A DNA stretch of 64,000 nucleotides from Bacteroidia bacterium (GTDB taxonomy: Bacteria > Bacteroidota > Bacteroidia > NS11-12g > UBA9320). Every line of letters begins with the position of its first letter. Position 1 is the stretch's first letter. The stretch spans positions 18,438 to 82,437 of the forward strand of contig JAOKFZ010000002.1 in the NCBI GenBank assembly GCA_028247315.1, in the 5' to 3' direction. Positions 59,701-64,000 of the stretch are shown here, one piece after another. The notes below the pieces were generated by a model. It was not told the DNA's origin, ran no database searches, and worked only from the letters and a program-made list of their open reading frames with translations. The position numbers were made by a program, and so were the translations under genes.

Positions 59701-60150
59701 TTACTGAATCTTCTTAACGTTGATTGCGTTAAGACCTTTCATTCCTTTTTCTAGCTCAAACGATACTTTGTTTCCCTCTATTACGTCTTCTGTAAGACCT
59801 TTGTAGTGAACGAAATAACTCTCGCCTGTACCTATTTCTTTTATGAAACCAAAACCTTTTTCCGTATTAAAGAAATCTATTTTACCCTCACGAGTAGCAT
59901 CCATATCAAACTCTTCTTGCTTTGGAACACTGGTTACTATGTCGTCTAGCTCAAATTCTATTTTAGCATCTGGATCTGGTGGTGTATCTGATATATTACC
60001 ATGCTCATCTATATAAGCCATCATGTTATCAAGTGTACCTTCAGTAGCATTCGCTTTACGCTCTGCACGCTTTTCCTCTTTTTCTTTCTTCTTCTTACGG
60101 CGTTTTTTTTCCTTTTCTTTTTTGGAATAAGTTTCTTGTGATTTAGACAT
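59701..60150 (-). CDS. Cold-shock domain protein with basic N-terminal extension (Bacteroidota type)
   Basis: FFNTEKGFGFI (RNP1), YFVH (RNP2); N-terminal KKEKEKKR and MAYIDEHGN. Confidence 0.92.
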   Translation of the reverse strand: MSKSQETYSKKEKEKKRRKKKKEKEEKRAERKANATEGTLDNMMAYIDEHGNISDTPPDPDAKIEFELDDIVTSVPKQEEFDMDATREGKIDFFNTEKGFGFIKEIGTGESYFVHYKGLTEDVIEGNKVSFELEKGMKGLNAINVKKIQ

Positions 60151-60568
60151 TAATTACTGTTGTATTATAAGTTATTGGTTACAAAGATAAGTAACATTTT
60201 GCTATGTTGAGCAGGGACAGCAGGCTTGTGACTAATAATTTGTATTTTATGATTTTGGAAAGTGTTAAAAGCTGAAAAAATGACACCATATTTATACAGT
60301 TAATATCTCATGACACTAAATAAGCTTCAGATGAGATATAACCGACTTCTGGCAGTATTAGGGATTGCTTGGAGCATTTGCAAAATGAGGACTCAGTTAC
60401 ATGCTGCGAACATGATACGCCAATATACTCTAAAGTAAGGAAGAGGTGATGGAGATACCTTAAATTAGTAGGGGTAGTTTTCGTCTATTCTAATCGATTA
60501 TCAAACGTTATCACTGTTTTATCATGTAGATATAGTCTGAGCCAAAATATTTTGCATATTTGCTACAT

Positions 60569-62707
60569 ATGAGAAATATCAGTTTACTTCTACTTGTAGC
60601 GAATTCATTCTTAAGCTTTTCACAAGGCAAATTACTAACCATACAAGATGCCATCACCGGTTACCATCTATATCCAAGAGGATTGTCTGATGCACAGTGG
60701 TTACCAGGAGGTAAGTGGTTTAGCCAAATAGCTGTACTAGACGGTAAACGGACCATAGAAATTCAAGAGATTGCCGCAACTAAAGGAAGAAATATATCCG
60801 TTTCATTAGAAGATATAAATGCTACTCTTTCGGGAGATGCTAAACTAAAACGCCTGCCGCGAGCACATTGGATAAGTGTAAGAGAATTTCAGTTTATAAG
60901 CAACAATGTTGGGTATGCTTACAATATAGAAGAGAAAAACACCCGAAGGCTCACTTTTGAGAATACTGTTGGGGTAAATAGTCCTCAGTACTTTGCAGAC
61001 GGCTCTGGTATGTATGGTGAGACCGCAAATGGGTTTGGCTACTGCAGAAACCACAAAGAGATAGAGATATACTCGGATACAGACGGAATTATATTGGGTA
61101 AGACGGTGCATCGCTCAGAGTTTGGCATCACCAATGGGCTATTCCCTTCTCCAAGCAATAAGCTAATGGCATACTATGATATGGATGAGCGTATGGTGAC
61201 TAAATATCCGCTATATCAACTTGCAGATACTCCTGCTACCGCAAAAATGCTACGTTACCCTACGGCAGGGGCCAAAAGTCACCATGTAGCAGTAAAGGTA
61301 AAGAATATGGAGACAGATGCTGATCCAATAGTCATAAAGACTACAGGGGATAAAGAACAATACCTTACCAATGTAAGCTGGAGTACAGATAATAAATTTA
61401 TACTCATCGCTATTGTAAACAGAGCACAAGATCATATGTGGCTCAATCAGTACGATGCTGTGACAGGAGATTTCGTAAAAACACTTTTTGAAGAGAAAAA
61501 TGATAGGTATGTTGAACCTGAACATCCTGCGGTATTTTTTAAAAATGATCCAAATAAATTCATTTGGTGGAGTGAACGAGATGGATACAACCATCTATAC
61601 TTATATGACCTAGAAGGCAATCTAATAAAGCAGCTGACAAAAGGCAATTGGGTAGTAACGGAGTATCACGGAATGAGTTCGGATGAGAGTACGCTGTATA
61701 TTACCTCAACTAAAGAGACACCACTGGAACGTCACTTATATAGTGTAGACATGCTAAGCGGTAAAATGAAAAACCTGACACGAACACCTGGTTATCATAG
61801 AATAACGGCAAACGAAGACTGTGCTATGTTTATAGATGACTATAGCAATACGACCACGCCCAGAGAAGTACGCTTGATAGATAGTAAAGGAAATTTAAAA
61901 GAAATAATAACGAAAGCAGACAATCCATTAGCATCGTATAAGCTAGGAAAGATGGAAATCGGAAAACTAGAGGGGAAAAGTGGTGAGGATTTATATTACC
62001 GTGTCTTCAAACCGACAGATTTTAACCCACGAAAAAAATATCCTGTTGTGGTTTATTTGTACAATGGTCCACACTTGCAACTGGTTACGAATAAATGGCT
62101 TGGAGGAGCAAACCTGTGGTATCAGTATATGGCTCAGAAAGGCTATGTTGTGTTCAGCATAGACGGCCGAGGTAGTGCAGATAGGGGATTTGCTTTCGAA
62201 AGTGCCATACACCGGAACTGTGGAGAGAAAGAAATGGAAGATCAACTCACAGGCGTAGAATGGCTCAAAAAACAGAAATGGGTAGATGCAGAGAGAATGG
62301 GTATACATGGATGGAGTTATGGTGGTTTTATGACAACAAGCATGATGAGTAGGCACCCGGGTGTTTTCAAAGCAGGAGTGGCCGGTGGCCCCGTGATAGA
62401 CTGGACGCTTTATGAGATAATGTATACCGAACGCTACATGGATACACCACAAGAGAACCCCGAAGGATACAAACGTACTAATCTTAAAAATCATGTGAAA
62501 AATCTGGAAGGAAAACTACTCATGATTCATGGCGGACAAGACGACGTAGTACTCTGGCAGCATAGCCTACAGTACTTGGAAACTGCTATAGACGAAGGTG
62601 TGCAGTTAGACTACTTTGTGTATCCTAATCATAAGCACAATGTAAGGGGTAAAGACCGTATACACCTGTATCAGAAGGTAAGCGAGTACTTTTTTGATCA
62701 CTTATAG
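60569..62707 (+). CDS. S9B family dipeptidyl peptidase IV-like
   Basis: DPP IV beta-propeller N-terminus; GWSYGG, YTERYMD.P, DDVV, HKH. Confidence 0.93.
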   Translation: MRNISLLLLVANSFLSFSQGKLLTIQDAITGYHLYPRGLSDAQWLPGGKWFSQIAVLDGKRTIEIQEIAATKGRNISVSLEDINATLSGDAKLKRLPRAHWISVREFQFISNNVGYAYNIEEKNTRRLTFENTVGVNSPQYFADGSGMYGETANGFGYCRNHKEIEIYSDTDGIILGKTVHRSEFGITNGLFPSPSNKLMAYYDMDERMVTKYPLYQLADTPATAKMLRYPTAGAKSHHVAVKVKNMETDADPIVIKTTGDKEQYLTNVSWSTDNKFILIAIVNRAQDHMWLNQYDAVTGDFVKTLFEEKNDRYVEPEHPAVFFKNDPNKFIWWSERDGYNHLYLYDLEGNLIKQLTKGNWVVTEYHGMSSDESTLYITSTKETPLERHLYSVDMLSGKMKNLTRTPGYHRITANEDCAMFIDDYSNTTTPREVRLIDSKGNLKEIITKADNPLASYKLGKMEIGKLEGKSGEDLYYRVFKPTDFNPRKKYPVVVYLYNGPHLQLVTNKWLGGANLWYQYMAQKGYVVFSIDGRGSADRGFAFESAIHRNCGEKEMEDQLTGVEWLKKQKWVDAERMGIHGWSYGGFMTTSMMSRHPGVFKAGVAGGPVIDWTLYEIMYTERYMDTPQENPEGYKRTNLKNHVKNLEGKLLMIHGGQDDVVLWQHSLQYLETAIDEGVQLDYFVYPNHKHNVRGKDRIHLYQKVSEYFFDHL

Positions 62708-62717
62708 AACAATAAAC

Positions 62718-64000
62718 ATGAAACGAGAACTCATCATGTTGATACTGTGCCTTATGTATGCCACGTTAGTAGCACAAATAAATACTCCAGTATTAAAAGA
62801 CGTTACTGAGGATATAATAAGGAGAACTACAGAAGAGGAGAGAGTTAAGTCTAACAAAGCGACAATGACTATACGCTCTCTGAGCTTGGTTCCTGATCGT
62901 GAGATAGTCACTATAGAAGATTCAGATACGCTTCGGCTGTACAGCGATAGTTACGAAGGGTTGGAACTACTAGACAGTGTGTTGGGCGATTATTCTGTAT
63001 TTATTACAGGAGAAAACCACACCTATACTGAGAGCAATGCTCGTCTTTGGTTTAAAATGATCAAGTATTTGAATGAAAAAGCGGGTGTGCGTAATGTCAT
63101 GTTTGAATACGGACAGACATATGGTTTCTTGGTAAATGAGTACATGAAAACAGGTGATAGTCTCCTTTTTAATAGCATAGACCGTTTTGCATATCCAGAG
63201 TATAGTGCTGTTATCAAAGAACTAAAAGTATATAACGATAGCTTACCCAATGACAAAAAGTTACACTTTACGGCTATCGATATAGATCGCGGCGTCTATC
63301 CTATTGTAAAAGCGTTGGATTATCTGCTTGCCAGTAGGAATACGATGCCTTCAGATTCTATTTCATTGCATATACAAAGTGTACAGAGTTTAGCTGGCTA
63401 CAATGACTACAAGTTAAATGAGGAGTTGAAATATCCTGGTGTGTTCACCTTTAAAACAAGGAGCACTTTGGCTCTATTAGCAGCAAATTTTGTTACGAAT
63501 AGACAAGATTATATAGACTACCTAGGAGATGACTACGAACCATTTCGCAGGATAATAGAAGATCAATATACCGCACGTGAAAAATGGCACCAATACAAAG
63601 AACAAGACGCCGTACAGCAGTATGTTTTTCGTGAGAATTATATGCACAAAGTGTTTCTAAAAGAACGGTCCCAAAATCCGGGCAACTGGTTTGGGCAGTT
63701 TGGTAGGTGCCATACAACCAAGTCGCACAAGGAGAATAACTCGTGTGAGTGGTTTGAGTTCAATAGCCTAGCACAACGGATTATAAACACTAAAGGCGGT
63801 GAATTGCAGAATCAGGTGCTTACGCTAGCCCAAGTGTACGAAACAGATAGAAATTTTGGACCAATGCATGAAGAAAATGAAGACGGTTTTAGACAATACT
63901 TCAAACGCATGCCTGAAAATAGTCTTGTAATTTTTGATATCACAAAGGATTCATTACTGAACGCAGGATATGGCCAAGACTTTGATTATCTCATTTTTAA
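62718..64000 (+). CDS. Secreted protein of the erythromycin esterase/ChaN/TIKI-like superfamily, 3'-truncated by the window edge
   Basis: Manual translation from ATG at 62718: MKRELIMLILCLMYATLVAQ...VFITGENH...VRNVMFEYG...FTAIDID...FRENYM...GQFGRCH; frame appears open to the window end. Confidence 0.65.
   Translation, partial: MKRELIMLILCLMYATLVAQINTPVLKDVTEDIIRRTTEEERVKSNKATMTIRSLSLVPDREIVTIEDSDTLRLYSDSYEGLELLDSVLGDYSVFITGENHTYTESNARLWFKMIKYLNEKAGVRNVMFEYGQTYGFLVNEYMKTGDSLLFNSIDRFAYPEYSAVIKELKVYNDSLPNDKKLHFTAIDIDRGVYPIVKALDYLLASRNTMPSDSISLHIQSVQSLAGYNDYKLNEELKYPGVFTFKTRSTLALLAANFVTNRQDYIDYLGDDYEPFRRIIEDQYTAREKWHQYKEQDAVQQYVFRENYMHKVFLKERSQNPGNWFGQFGRCHTTKSHKENNSCEWFEFNSLAQRIINTKGGELQNQVLTLAQVYETDRNFGPMHEENEDGFRQYFKRMPENSLVIFDITKDSLLNAGYGQDFDYLIF

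Noticed and set aside
1..64000. CRISPR array, IS elements, phage or defence systems
   Set aside because: No regularly spaced repeats and no transposase, integrase, phage or defence-type ORFs recognised.

Overview
Gene-dense, AT-rich chromosomal window from a Bacteroidota bacterium. The assignment rests on TAnnTTTG -7 promoter elements, T9SS type A and type B sorting domains, and Bacteroidota-typical gene blocks (ldh...nusB-DUF1573-yajC-coaE; MBL hydrolase-parA-parB-DUF5683). It is mostly housekeeping: an aa3-type cytochrome c oxidase operon (subunit II, subunit I, ctaA), dapD, coaE, nusB, ffh, pdxH, gatC, rseP, hscB, tsaC, glmM, fabI, kdsA, mlaEF, parAB, peptide/amino-acid catabolism genes, tRNA-Leu(CAA) and rnpB. 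I saw no IS element, prophage, CRISPR array or rRNA. The most unusual element is the oxidase subunit II. It carries an N-terminal monoheme cytochrome c domain resembling the mobile domain of ActA (alternative complex III), plus a ~90-aa helical insertion in its CuA domain. The actABCDEF genes that usually precede it are absent here. Other points of interest: a lipoprotein with possible tandem GldN-like domains, two paralogous L-type-lectin T9SS proteins, two pseudogene candidates, two candidate sRNAs and a 50-bp perfect palindrome. All family calls come from motif recognition by eye, not database searches.
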